DNA of 64,000 nucleotides from Orbicella franksi (Eukaryota): NCBI GenBank assembly GCA_964199315.1, contig OZ116712.1, positions 20,212,001 to 20,276,000 of the forward strand, read 5' to 3'. Shown piece by piece: positions 48,807 to 60,900 of this stretch (position 1 is its first letter; each line of letters starts with the position of its first letter). The notes under the pieces were generated by a model. It saw only the letters and a program-made list of their open reading frames with translations, ran no database searches and was not told where the DNA came from. The position numbers and the translations under genes were made by a program.

Positions 48807-51800
48807 TTATACGGCATTATGTCGCCACATACCTAAAAAACCGAAATGAATTTTCAGCTCAATTTTCCTTGAGCTTATCTTTTTTCAGTTCAGTTGAGTC
48901 CTAAAAAAGATTTGGAGGGCTAATCCTATTAAAACTAACTAAAAATAATACAAAATGTGTCTGGACATAGATAAGTTATGTCTGATTACCGAAGAGGAAA
49001 TAATGTAATTATCATCTTCCCAAATAAGATAATTCTTTGGGAAATTACAGAGCTGACGTATTTCAGTTTTTATCCGCTTATCACTGAAATTTACGTTAGC
49101 TGACCTCAGAGGCAAACCTAGTGGGAAACACGCCTCAGTAGGTTGTTTTTTTCAATAAAATCGGTTGTAAAAAGTTGTGGGGTTAACAAGGGCTTTTCGA
49201 TAACTTGGTACAACACATGCATACTAGTTATTCAACGTTTTCGAGTGGTGTACAATGGGATATCCCACGAGTCACTTGAATTTTCGCGTAGTGCACACGA
49301 GCCTTTATACGAGTGTGTATACCAACAAAATACGAGTGACAATTGGGATATTGCACGGTATAACCCAAGAGGGCGTTGTATAACTATTTTATATCATGCC
49401 ATAGAAAATACAGTGGCGAACGCAATCAATGCGACACACGCGCGGGGCATGATGGGAAGGTTGGATGTAATACCGTCGAACACACAACAGCTTTCAAGTA
49501 TTCTGATTGGCTGTATTTTCTACGGCATGGTATAAAATGTTATATATGCTAAGCAGCGCAAGTCGGACATTATATCAGTCTTATATACTGGGACAGAGGC
49601 AACGAATATTAGGATTTTGCAAGAGACGATATTGTAAACAACTATGAACGTCACGTGCCGGGCATATCTAGAGTTAAGACTAATTATAGCACTGGTGACG
49701 GTCAGCTCTGATATAAATCAATCCGCTCTTATTCAGAATGAACTTCTTCATTCTCAAAAATAACCAACGATATTTCTGACAGTCAAAAAGGAGAACAAAA
49801 TCGAATATTCGATAATGCTCGAAGATAGAAGGGCCAGTTTTTTAAACCTATTTTCGTTGTGTTGTCATTTGACCCTTTCCCTCACAACCTAGGAGACTTG
49901 ACTAACAAGCACTCATTGGAAGGAGGCTGGGGCTGGTTTGGAGCTAATATGAGAGAGTGCTTGGGACGGCAACCTACTCGCCTCAGGCCCCAACAAAACT
50001 TTCTCCTTCTCCTCGCCAGCTAGTACACTCTCATTTGGTATAAGTGCACGTTCGAATACCAGTCGTTTTTGCTAAAGTCAGTAATGCTTACTTACCACAA
50101 AACCCGTCGTGTTTTTTCTGTATCCATGTCTGAAGGAGACAGGATTCCAATCTAAGGACGCACATGGTAAGGTACGATTTGTCGTTGTCTCCGCACACGT
50201 AGGCCTCTCGCGCGGGGGTGTTTTCAGGGTGACACTGAGGGCACCTGCATTCAGCGTACCCGTTTGTAGTTTGGAAACACTTTGCATGGTACTGGCACTC
50301 AAGGACCTCACAAGATTCTCCTGGCGGAAAAGGAGATGAAGAAATAATTTTACAAATTTTACTTGTGTTGAAACGAGGTCGATATCTACAATAGCGCTCT
50401 CCCTACCCCTGTCGGGATTACAACGTTCTAGTAGGTAAAGACTAGTTAACATTCTGTCTAGTGTAAGATAATTAACCGAGGCTTTGATAGTTTGGGAAAT
50501 AAATGAAGACCGGCGCAAAAAGGAACAACAAAGGTAGAGATCTGCAAAAATTGACTCCGATTACGAGACACAAACTTGAATTATTTCTGAAGGCTCGTAG
50601 ACGTAGCAGTGGGCAAGTTGATGCAATCAGGAACAGCTTGAAGTCACTGTGGCTTATACTATCACTGGAACTCAGACAGGCGTGGTATGTCTGATCTTAG
50701 CGACTCCTTCTTTCATAGCTCTACCACTTTGTTTTTAAAAAGTAAACTCTCAGGTCACACGATGGTATAATGACCCACCTCGCGGCAATCTTCGTCTCGT
50801 CGGCGTTTGCGGCCATAAGGTTGGATTACTTGCTGCTCCGCTTCCCGCGGGACGGGAGTTTGTCGGGACGAGTGGGGTTGGCTCCCTAGATTCCCGCGAG
50901 ACTCTGGACATGGACGATGAGGCGGTCTTTAATGTTGGTTTCAGAGTTGTGGAAGGATGCTCGGGGGCTGAGTACCAAGAAATGACAGAAACAGTTAAAA
51001 CATACTTTCAAATCGCATCCTAATTATTAGTTAAAAACCTGGGAAGGGAAGTAGGCAAAAGCTCACTTACCACAGTAATCACAAGATCTAGGGCATATTT
51101 CACGCATTTTTCTGTGTTCGCAGTAACGAGACTGTGCTGCGAAATCACTACATCCCGTACTTTTGTCTTCACATTCTCCGGTTATCTTTTCTGCAAGAAA
51201 TTAAAACCAAGTTATTTGCACATTGACAAGAAATGACACGACAAAAGTTCCAAAGCCCATTGCAATGAGAACCATCACTAGGCTCATTGGTTCCAAGGAG
51301 CTGTGCAGGAGATTTTGATAACGTTCCTCTCCATGGTTTATTAGGCTACGTACACACTGGTACCCGAGTACGGTACCAGAGTACAATTCTCGCTAAGCAC
51401 TGATCTGATCACATCTTTTTTCAAGTACTCACGCTAGAATTGGGGCACAGTGCCCGTGCCCCGGTACAAGGTCTTGATCTTATACTCAGGTACTAAATGG
51501 TACGCGGAGTGTCCAGTGTCTAAACAAAACACTATCTTAGAGTGTCTACCGTGGAAAATGTTATTTAGTTTTTTACATAATGACTGATATATTGCATCAT
51601 ATATAATAATTATTTACCTTCGCATGTTTTGAGTCGTAGGTTTACACCTGGACAAATGCACTCTTCCCCGGCAGGACTGGAGTCGCTTGGTTTACGACAC
51701 TGGTCAGCATCGACACAAGGATTTGTGACGCAAGATTTCACTAAAAGTACACACTAATGGTGTTAAATAATGAGTAAAGTCTCAAGTATAAATCTCGTCT

Positions 51801-54800
51801 GTCTTCTCAGTATAAAACTCGAATTTAGAAATTAATCTAATTTTGACACTAACAGAGTGGTTTTTATTTGAGAGACGAAAGCAATCCCGAATATTTTTGG
51901 TTTTACTTTATTGTGTTCAGTGATTGGTTAAAAAAACGCTCACCAACTTAACTCTTAACTAATAAGATGCAAAAAAAAAAAAAAAAAACCAACCAATCAC
52001 GACTTAGTCACGTGCATTTTCTTGAGAGTCATGTGTATTTTCTATGGGTTCTCGCTGGTTTGTTAGGTTGTTTCTTTTGATCGGCCTGTGGACTTGCTTT
52101 GGTCTTGGTTTTGCCACATTCAGTTGAAACGGCTCTATTATAAACATAGTTCAAAATCAGCTTCAAAAACTGCATTTAACATTTGCAATTTGTACTGCAC
52201 CTATTTTCTTGTCACCCAGCAATTTGACCTTTCTCAACAGAAATATCTAGCTCAACATAATTAACTACAAAATGCAAGAAGTTTACACTACCTGATTTGA
52301 AATGACAGCAAAGAACAAAGTTCTGATGGAGAAAAGCGTGTCCATCTTGGTAAATACCCGCTATGTCATCTGCAGACAGCTCCTTGAGCCAAATGGCAAA
52401 CTGAGAAATCTCAAACTTTCCAAACTCCTTAAAACTCATGAGGTTACTAGGCCTTGCTAATGTAATTATAGGAGTGTAATTCTGTTGTCTTAGAACATTC
52501 AGTGACACTGGTTTGTCTGTAAACGTACTCAGGTTTCCATCCTCGTAATACGAAAGTCCGTTTCGCGCGCGCCACGTGAAAGCCATGTGGGTCCAAAGTC
52601 CAACTTCCTCGTGCAAGAGCAGTGTCCATCTTTTGTCTCTTGTTTCGAGGAGAAATTTAAAACGTTTTAAACTTTGTTGGTAATAGAGCTGATAACCAGG
52701 TCCGTTTCTGTGATTGGTAAAAGAACCAGATGACATGACATATCCAGTGCTATACACCTTCAGCCAGAATGTCATTGTAAAGCCCTCCTTGCAAGTCGAT
52801 GGTTCCGTGACGCAATCCGCGTTAAAACCACCTGCAAACACGACAGTATTTATTTTTAAAAGGAACTCAGGGAAATAAACCTTTCTGTCACCGTTTCTCT
52901 TATAAAACCTCCCCTACACGGTAAGTGAGGTGTGAGACGAAAACGCATCACCCTTTCACTCCCAGAATCAATTCGAGACCTTAGTCCGTGACCATTCAAC
53001 CGAAAGCTATTGCGCAGTTCTTTCATGTAGTACTGTTTATTATGCCGTACGAGGTGGTTCTAACTTTTAAGTCTGTGGATGAAACCCTAGTGTGTGACCA
53101 TTCAAATGAAAGTTATTGAGCAGTATTTTTATGTGGTACTATTTATTATGCTGTACAAGGTGGATCGAACTCTTAAACCTGAGCATGAAACTCTAGTGTG
53201 TGACCCTAGTTTGGAAAAGAACTTTGTATTTTTTTTTTCCAGTTTGGAACTTTTTTCATGTTTGGGAGTGAAAGAGATACATAACGACTATTTCTTTCAA
53301 ACTGCGCGAACTAGGAACTGAAAGATTACATTTAAGCATTGAAAATGGTGCGAGTGATTTTTAGTTACAGTGCAGGCAGAGGAGAGAGAAGAGATGTGGA
53401 AATGAACAACGTGCTCGTGTTTAAGGAACACTGTCCGTTTCCCAGATTTTCTTAAAACTGAAACAAATACGTGAAATAATTCTTTTAGTCATGGCAAATA
53501 ATTTTCTGAAGACTATGTTCACCTAACTAAAACACGAGCAGATGTTTAGAAAATATAACCCTTCTCCCCGATTCCTACTACAGCAAGAAAAGTTTTAAAA
53601 TTTTAGCCTAATTAATTCAAAATCCGTTTATTTTTAAAACAATAAAAAGAAGATATTTAAAAGGTTTTTCGAGATATTTAGAAAAATGTTTGTGATATTT
53701 AGAAATGTTTTAGAGATTTTTCGGAAAGCTATTTAAGCGATTTTACGTGATATTTGCGGAAAGGCCTAGCAGTGAACAAGGTATAGTGTTTATGATCAGT
53801 GTTTTTGAGTTATTCCATGAGAGGTCATGAAATAACATCTAACGAGATGACAGTGTTCCTTCTCAAGATACTTGTGGAGGAGGTGCGGGAAGCGAAACCG
53901 TACTTACAACCAAACTTGGCTGACGGGAGTGAGCTGCATTCCCGACTCCTCCCTAGAGGAGAGTTGCCATTCGTCACCAAAATAAAAACAAAACAAAGTA
54001 CGAGGAATGAACAGCAAATAAAACTGAATGTTTAATGTTGGAAGGGTCTAATTTGATCATACATCAATTTTGGACCCCTGAACACTACAGAAATCTTACT
54101 TTATGTTTTCTGTTACGACTACATTTTGACAAATCTAAAGGATCTCGGAAAGACCAAACAGAGATTTACAATGTGGGAGAAAAAAAATATTTGTTAGCTT
54201 TAATGAAAAGAGTTCTTGGCATGCATCGTCAATAGACCAATTTCGATATATTAAAATTCAGCTTAACACAATAGACCTCGGCACGAGGCTCGGGGGAATA
54301 AAGTCCGCAAACTCTGTAGTTATTCCCGGGAGCCTCGTATTGAGGTCTATTGTTTTAGGCTGAATTTTAATATATCGAAATTGGGGAATTAGATTACTTG
54401 TTTTTCCGATTGTTCTTGTCCAATCAGATTTAGCACTATTCTGCCACGTCACCATGATACATCATTTGCTAAGCAACGAGATTGTCAAAAGTTGCGGGCT
54501 CAGATCTCTCCTCAAAAACGGACCTTTGACTTGTATGGTGGGTGTTTGGTCGGGTAGATGCAGGGACACAAAATGTTGCTTATATGAAGCACTAGGTTAA
54601 CGAGATAAACGCCTGGTATCGTACGCATGCGTGGTGCATATTTAAGAGATAACATCGCTCATACCGCAAGTGAGCTGCTTGTACTTACCTGTGTCCACCC
54701 AGTCATCCTTGCCGTCCAGTGACAGCGTGTATCCCAGCTGGGGATCTTGAACTATCTTTGCATCATTGTGTACAACAGTGTGAGCGGCACCCTCCACATC

Positions 54801-57800
54801 TTCCAGGATCCCGTCTGTAATGTTAGACATGGGCCAGTAGTGGTCGGCGCTCTGATAAGGAGACCCCCAAGCGGGGTAGGGGTAACGAGAGGCTGGGATG
54901 AGGAAAAAGAGAAGTGCTATGAGCCCTCTTTGATTCACGCGTTTGAAAAATCTCCTCTCAATTTTCATACATCGTCAAGTTGACAGGCGATGACAATAAA
55001 ATCCACGAAACATCAGAAGCCCTTTCCACGGTTTGCTTTCCTCATTACCATTACAATGTAATCCAACGTGGATGCGAGATAATTTCGGGCTTCCTAAAAT
55101 TGCCTCACATGCAAGAAAACCGTGAAAAAGGGCTATTTCTACGAGCTGATGTTAAAAGAGCTGTATAGAAATCTGTAGTGAAAGTTAGTATTCCCTGGTT
55201 AGTGGAGAGTAAGAGGTGATGTGAGAGAATGCTGGTAGATATACAGTAATAAGAGAAGCGATTTTAGAACGGCAAGCGATGAGTGTCGCAGAATCCAGCG
55301 CAATGCATGATTTAGATGAAGCACAAGTACCGTGTAAAGGGCGAGACAAGATAATTTCTTCTGAAAGAATTTTGGAATCAAAGAAATTATTGAATTCGCA
55401 ACTCAAAGTAAGTTTTAGATCTATGATATAAAAGAAACAATGATTTGGGAAAAATGGAACAAACACCTTAGACACTAAAGTAACGATGTCAATCGTTGTA
55501 TAACTGTGTTTATAGGGAGATTTTGAGAATAAAAACCCGTTCAGCAGTGTTCAAAAACAAATATTTTTCCAAAATATTCTCCCACGAGTAAGAGAATTCT
55601 ATGAAATGCTCAAGAGGCATTAAAAAGCTTTTTGAGTTGTCTAACCTTAGTTGACCTTCGGATTGAAAGGTAGAAGGTGAGGGAATTCGAAAATTCAAGA
55701 ACAAGTAAATTCAAGATCATGCATTGTGTATGTTCAAAAATACGGGATGAAAATCGCAAAAGAAGGATTGGTTTGAGAAAGGAAGATGATTATAGACCAT
55801 GTTGAAGAACAGCATGCACGCACGCAAGAATGGATGCAAAAAAAGTGACGTTTGAGACGTCGAGAACGTTTGTACATGTACCCGAGAGATGTTGCAAATG
55901 AAAGCGAGTTGCGTATGAATACCAATAAGACTCGAGAGACACACAACGAGATGAATTGTTCATCGAAGGCATGAAATAAAATTGATTTCCAACTCGTTCT
56001 TCTGAGAAAAAAAGTTGCGGGTGCGTGCTTAAAAAAGCGGAACAGATGAAGTGCACAGACGTGTTCAGTAAAACACGATTACTTACAAGAAGACCGCTGC
56101 AAAACTAGACACATTCCAGTTGCAGTTGAGTTTGGTGAAGCCCAGCGTCGTAAAATAAAAGAGTAACAAAACTTCGAGTCAAAAGGAAATAACATTTAAC
56201 TGTCAAACACTATACAGTAGCTGTTTAGATTTCAAGCAGTTCAGAGACTGAAAACACCAGACCCTTCCTTTCTTGTCATGACTTATCATCACTGAACCCA
56301 GTTCATATTAAGGACTATTATTCCTGTCAGTGTCGGCCCGTAAATCAGGGAAATATTTACCTCACCGCTTCATAGCTTAGTAAATATACATTTACATCCA
56401 CCTCTCTATATATGAGAGGAAGAATCGTTAAACATTGAATGTTTGAAAGGCAATTACAAAAGGAAATTTTTTCTACTTTTCACTGATTTGGTTCTTGTGT
56501 GATATTCCACCACAGATAACAGATTAAACCAAATTTTGGCAGTTGTTTTTATATTTTAGCAATATTGCATTATAGAGAGTGTAATTGAAAATAGCCTTCT
56601 TATCTACTCAATCGAAAGATGTAATATTATGAATATCTAACGTCAAGTGCCTAGGTGATCCTCTAAATATACGGCTAATAAGGCTTTTAAATCCGCTTTC
56701 ACAAGACTAGCATGTCAATTAATTATAAGAACAGAAGGTTTGTAACTCATGAAACACTTCATACTAGTTTGAGAGAAATATTGCTTAGTGACTTTTGAAA
56801 CCACTTTCCGTCCTTTATGTTTTCTGTAAATATCTCTGACTCAGGTATGTCTTCTGACAAAAAGAAGATATTATTCCTAACCGCAGAAAAATATGCTAAA
56901 TCATAATTAATGAATATCGAGAAGTTTTGTCTTGAATGTTAACCTCAGAAAACTTTAGAAAGATAAGCACGTCCGTTAAAATATTCCAGATTTATTTCAA
57001 AGTCACCGAAAATTGCTTTCAGAGTAAATAGTATTTTATTTGAGGGTGCTTGCTTGAAACCCGAAGAACGATGAAAAAGTTCAATGGCTAGCTGGTACAA
57101 TACAATTAGTCGTACAGCCTCGGATTTCCATCGTTTTAAAGTTGTTGACATCACTTTGAAAGATAACAATATAGCTACAGTACTAGCGTGGTTTTTCTTG
57201 TTTTGTACCACCGTAGCAAGGCCAAATATATGACTGGTTTAAAATCTTTGCTTATCTACACAAATTTGAAAACAAATTAATCATGGAAATTTACAAATGT
57301 GTTGTAAACTCCACCATTATGTTAGACTAAGGTTCGACGAGGTCCACGACAAATTTTTTTGCAGAAGAATTTTCAATTTTCAAACATTTCGGCGAAAATG
57401 TTCGGTTGGTGACTTTGTTTTTCACGAACAAAACCGTGGAGAAAATTCTATGAGCTTATATCACCAGGTAATACATAATTTATCTCTTTGGACGCGCTTT
57501 AAAAAATATACGGAAAGAGTATATAATTAAAGTAAATTTGCGAATATTAAAGAAAGTGACGAAATATTGTCCCAAAATTATACCTGAAGCTACACACTAG
57601 CGACAGAAATACAAAAAGAAAAATACTAAGCGGAATGGGAATCAAGCATATTAAAAAAAATTAATTTATCCGTGACAAAGAGCAGTTGTGAATGTTATAT
57701 CCAAACGGAACTGATGAAATAATATTTTCTTGTGAAACACCCTCGAAATACGTCATGGCAGGATAATTATATGATACGGTAATCAAACCTTATTAGTAAA

Positions 57801-57905
57801 AAGTTTAGCGATAAGAAAAAAAATCACAGCCAAGTACTCACCGATGATGAGAACCCAAAATAAAATCCTGTTAAAAACAACGAAGTTTTCGATGTTTCGG
57901 ACCAT
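48807..57905 (-). CDS. Secreted LamG/ConA-like + EGF + ShKT + S/T/P linker + follistatin/Kazal protein (paralogue A), ~490-496 aa; exons 57905-57842, 54892-54689, 52831-52292, 51740-51618, 51190-51071, 50967-50779, 50320-50096, tentative 48832-48807
   Basis: Hydrophobic N-terminus MVRNIENFVVFNRILFWVLIIA. DHYWPM, LSLDGKDDWV, CVTEPSTCKEGFTMTFWLK, WTHMAFTW. EGF exon CVTNPC..CICP..C; ShKT exon CEDKSTGC..CPRSCDYC; ten-Cys follistatin domain CEVLEC..VCGDNDKSYLTMC..DGFC. All exons phase 1-1. Terminus is either read-through (GK*) or exon 48832-48807. Confidence 0.75.
52987..53205. repeat. About two diverged units of the same 106-bp repeat family, opposite orientation, in an intron of paralogue A
   Basis: GTGACCATTCAAATGAAAGTTATTGAGCAGTATTTTTATGTGGTACT matches the reverse complement of the 25.9-kb units. 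Confidence 0.85.
54237..54384. mobile_element. Palindromic MITE (long hairpin) in an intron of paralogue A
   Basis: First 26 nt CCAATTTCGATATATTAAAATTCAGC perfectly inverted at the right end; arms extend to ~65 bp. Confidence 0.85.
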
Positions 57906-60900
57906 AATCAGAAACTTCCAGTTGTCCCTCCCATCTTAAAAGTGCTGATTATTTCTGTTGTCTCTTCGCAACATAGTACGTGCGATGTATCGCTTGAACG
58001 ACTCCAAAACAGCTCGCTCTCAATCAATTCTTGTGCGAAAACCTGCAAAAACAACAAACACTAGGTAATTTTAAATTTACATGCATGATCTGGAATTACA
58101 CACTGCAAAACCCTAGGAGATTTCTTCCAACGTGAGGCACTGTTGTGTTAGATTTCTCCTAACCCAATTAAAGTTCGTTTATCCCGAGGAAAAAGTTGAC
58201 ATAAAAATCCCGGGCTTTGTTTGAACGTATGCCATATCTCAGCGTGGGGCCTGTAGTTATATTTTGAACTTTTATACTGTACCAATATTTCCACCTTACT
58301 TGCACCGTGTGATAGAGAACCGTTTACTTCTTCCGAGCAATTTACAGTGAGACACGTTGTAAGAATCATCACAATTGTCAGAAGCGCTTGTCTTAAATAG
58401 AACAAACCTCAGTTAATGAATTATGTAAGTGAAAAATTTCGTAAAGAAGCTTAACAATGTTTTGCACTCCTCCAATCAATGAACATAACAACTGTTATAT
58501 TATTTCCTGACAAATTCCTTTTTTGCGTGTCGCAAGAGTGAAATATCCCTCATTACTAAGCGAAAAAGAATCGGATTGTGAAAATTAATTCAAATAATAC
58601 AAGAGGTGGAGATTTTGAAATATTTAACAGTTTATGTTCCGGAGGACAAAACAAGTGTCGTTTTGAGTTTGTGTAAAGTTAGTGTGAAAGAAAAAAACAT
58701 CAATCAGTTATATTATATAATCTGTAAGTTCTACAAGACTATAAATAGAAGGTACTTTCCAACATAAATAGAACTTATATAAATATAGGCTGAAAAATAA
58801 CCTTGTGCGCAACGTGAAATATAATCGGTCGGCAAACTTCACTTGTCCCCTATCCCACCCGCTAATCGTTCGCGATTGTAACGGTTTTTTGTCTTTCACT
58901 AGCAGTGAACACATTTTTTTCGATGATGCATCAGTGATGAAAATTTGTCAGTTAAGTTCTGTTATCTTAATATAAATTAAATGTCTTGACGGGCGTACGT
59001 TTTTTGCGATTTTACCGCGTAAAACCCGATTGCAATCTCGTTTTAGAAGAAAGCACCTGAGTTTCCTAGTCGGATTTTAGTGACTACTTTGTTGACATGA
59101 ATTTGCAGGATTATTTGGAAAATAAGCAAGAAGGTGTTTTTTGAAGCCTATTGTAAGAAAATTAATATTATTTTCTTCGGCCTGTCAAGCTGTTTGTTGA
59201 ATTATACAAGGAAAGACTATCATGACACATTTAGAGTGCTATGTTTTATCAATAGAAGAGAGAAGCCTTCGAGCGTAATCGGTGCCTCGCACCTACATCT
59301 CGTCTTTTCAGAGTTCATTAGATAGTTTGACAGTTCATCACTTGCTTTGTCCAAGAGGAGAACCTATGTGCAACCGTGATTCTTTCTATTTTCTAAATTT
59401 TTTTTTGCGTTTGAAATAACAGGATAAATATAGAAAGATTCAAACAATTTTCCGCGTTGAAACCATTTTCAAAGACTCGTTAGTGTCATAATATATAGCT
59501 ATTAAAAAGCTGTAACTACATTTTGCAAGTTGGTTTAACGAAAACCGCAACCAATTCGCGCATTTAAATAAGAGTTATGATACAGTCTTAAACTAATGTG
59601 TATTCCACCAACCATCTATATCTCTGAAATATTTCCAACCCTTTGCACAGTATTCTCTCAATATTTCCCTTGTTAATTGCTCGAGTTCGCATGCATTCTA
59701 TTCAATATTCCTTCCCCACAAGGATATTAATATTATAAACTGGTTTGTTATTTTAAAGGTATAATCCCTTTGTTTGATAAGTCGTCTAATGAAGTTATTC
59801 TTCCTATATTGTCATCAAACTTTGTTCAACTCTTTCCGTTAATTGTCAAACAATAATTGATTATTTTTTGGTTAGATCTTATCGCATCTTCGTATCTCTT
59901 TATCTTTCGTAAGCTGAAAAGAAAAAAAAAGTGGCGTCAAACCTAAAAGGGTGGTTTCTTTGTTCCAAGACAAAAGAATAGAAAAATTGAAAACCTTGAC
60001 AACTGTCTTCTGAACAAACACTACCTCATCCATTTGACCACTTAAAACATTTATTCGATAGCAATAAAAATTTTACGTAAATTATCTCACATCTTGTTTG
60101 CACGCTTTTAAAATTAATGACGAAGGAAAAAATCCTCTCGGAATGCAGACATCTGACTATCTTAGCAAGAGTTAATTTACTACATCAAGAGGGAATGACT
60201 ACTGACAGTAATAGCTTTATAGTTCCATCGAAAAGAACTCAGTTGAAAGCTTTTGCCATTGCAGTTTGATAATCAGGGATTAATTTTTGTTAGTTGATTA
60301 GTTTAAAAGCAGGCTAAAGAAAAGCGGATTTTTCGGGAATAAATCCGATTAAGAATTACAGACACAGCGGAACTTGTCTGTCTGGAGCATTTGAGTAAAT
60401 ACATAAATGGAAAGCATTTTAAGTGTTTACAAAAGTTTTTCAACAAGTCCACTGGATGAGTACTAGTCTTAATCCTCTGTGTCACGTTCCGCCGAGATAC
60501 TTGGAAGAGAGGGAGTGGGATCCATTTCTCCATATATTGCGCTTATTGAATCTTTCCTTAGTCAAATTTGTGGGATTTTCATGATACTCGGATTGCCGAA
60601 GACATTACGATGAGCAACGAACATTACCGAAAATGTTCCGACAATTATGGAGTGTTGCGAACGAAGCCGGAACGTTTATTCGCCGTCACATGATAAGCCA
60701 CAAAATGCGTTTGGACACAAATTGGATGAATAAATGATGTAGCATTCTAAAGGCTAGTCTTCTTCTTTTTTTTCCAGTCTCAAAATTAAATCAAATTTAT
60801 TATATGTTGCTGTTGTGACCAGTGGTCCGCATTCGAGAGTAACGCATAAACATGGTTCATACGTTACACTAACACCTCAGCCTTTGGAGTTGGCTTGCGT

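Noticed and set aside
49143-49535. 130-aa plus-strand ORF
   Set aside because: Non-ATG start and no recognisable domain; sequence resembles dispersed non-coding repeat.
50363-50427. Extra exon between linker and Kazal exons (ERCNPDRG..)
   Set aside because: The 65-nt version breaks phase; a 21-nt phase-1 version is possible but has only a modest donor and is not needed.
58148-58405. 85-aa ORF that looks like a signal-peptide protein
   Set aside because: Begins at TTG right after an in-frame stop; no supporting splice structure or recognisable domain.
60060-60760. Alternative genetic code in protein-looking minus-strand frames
   Set aside because: All three stop codons occur at about the density expected for AT-rich non-coding DNA.
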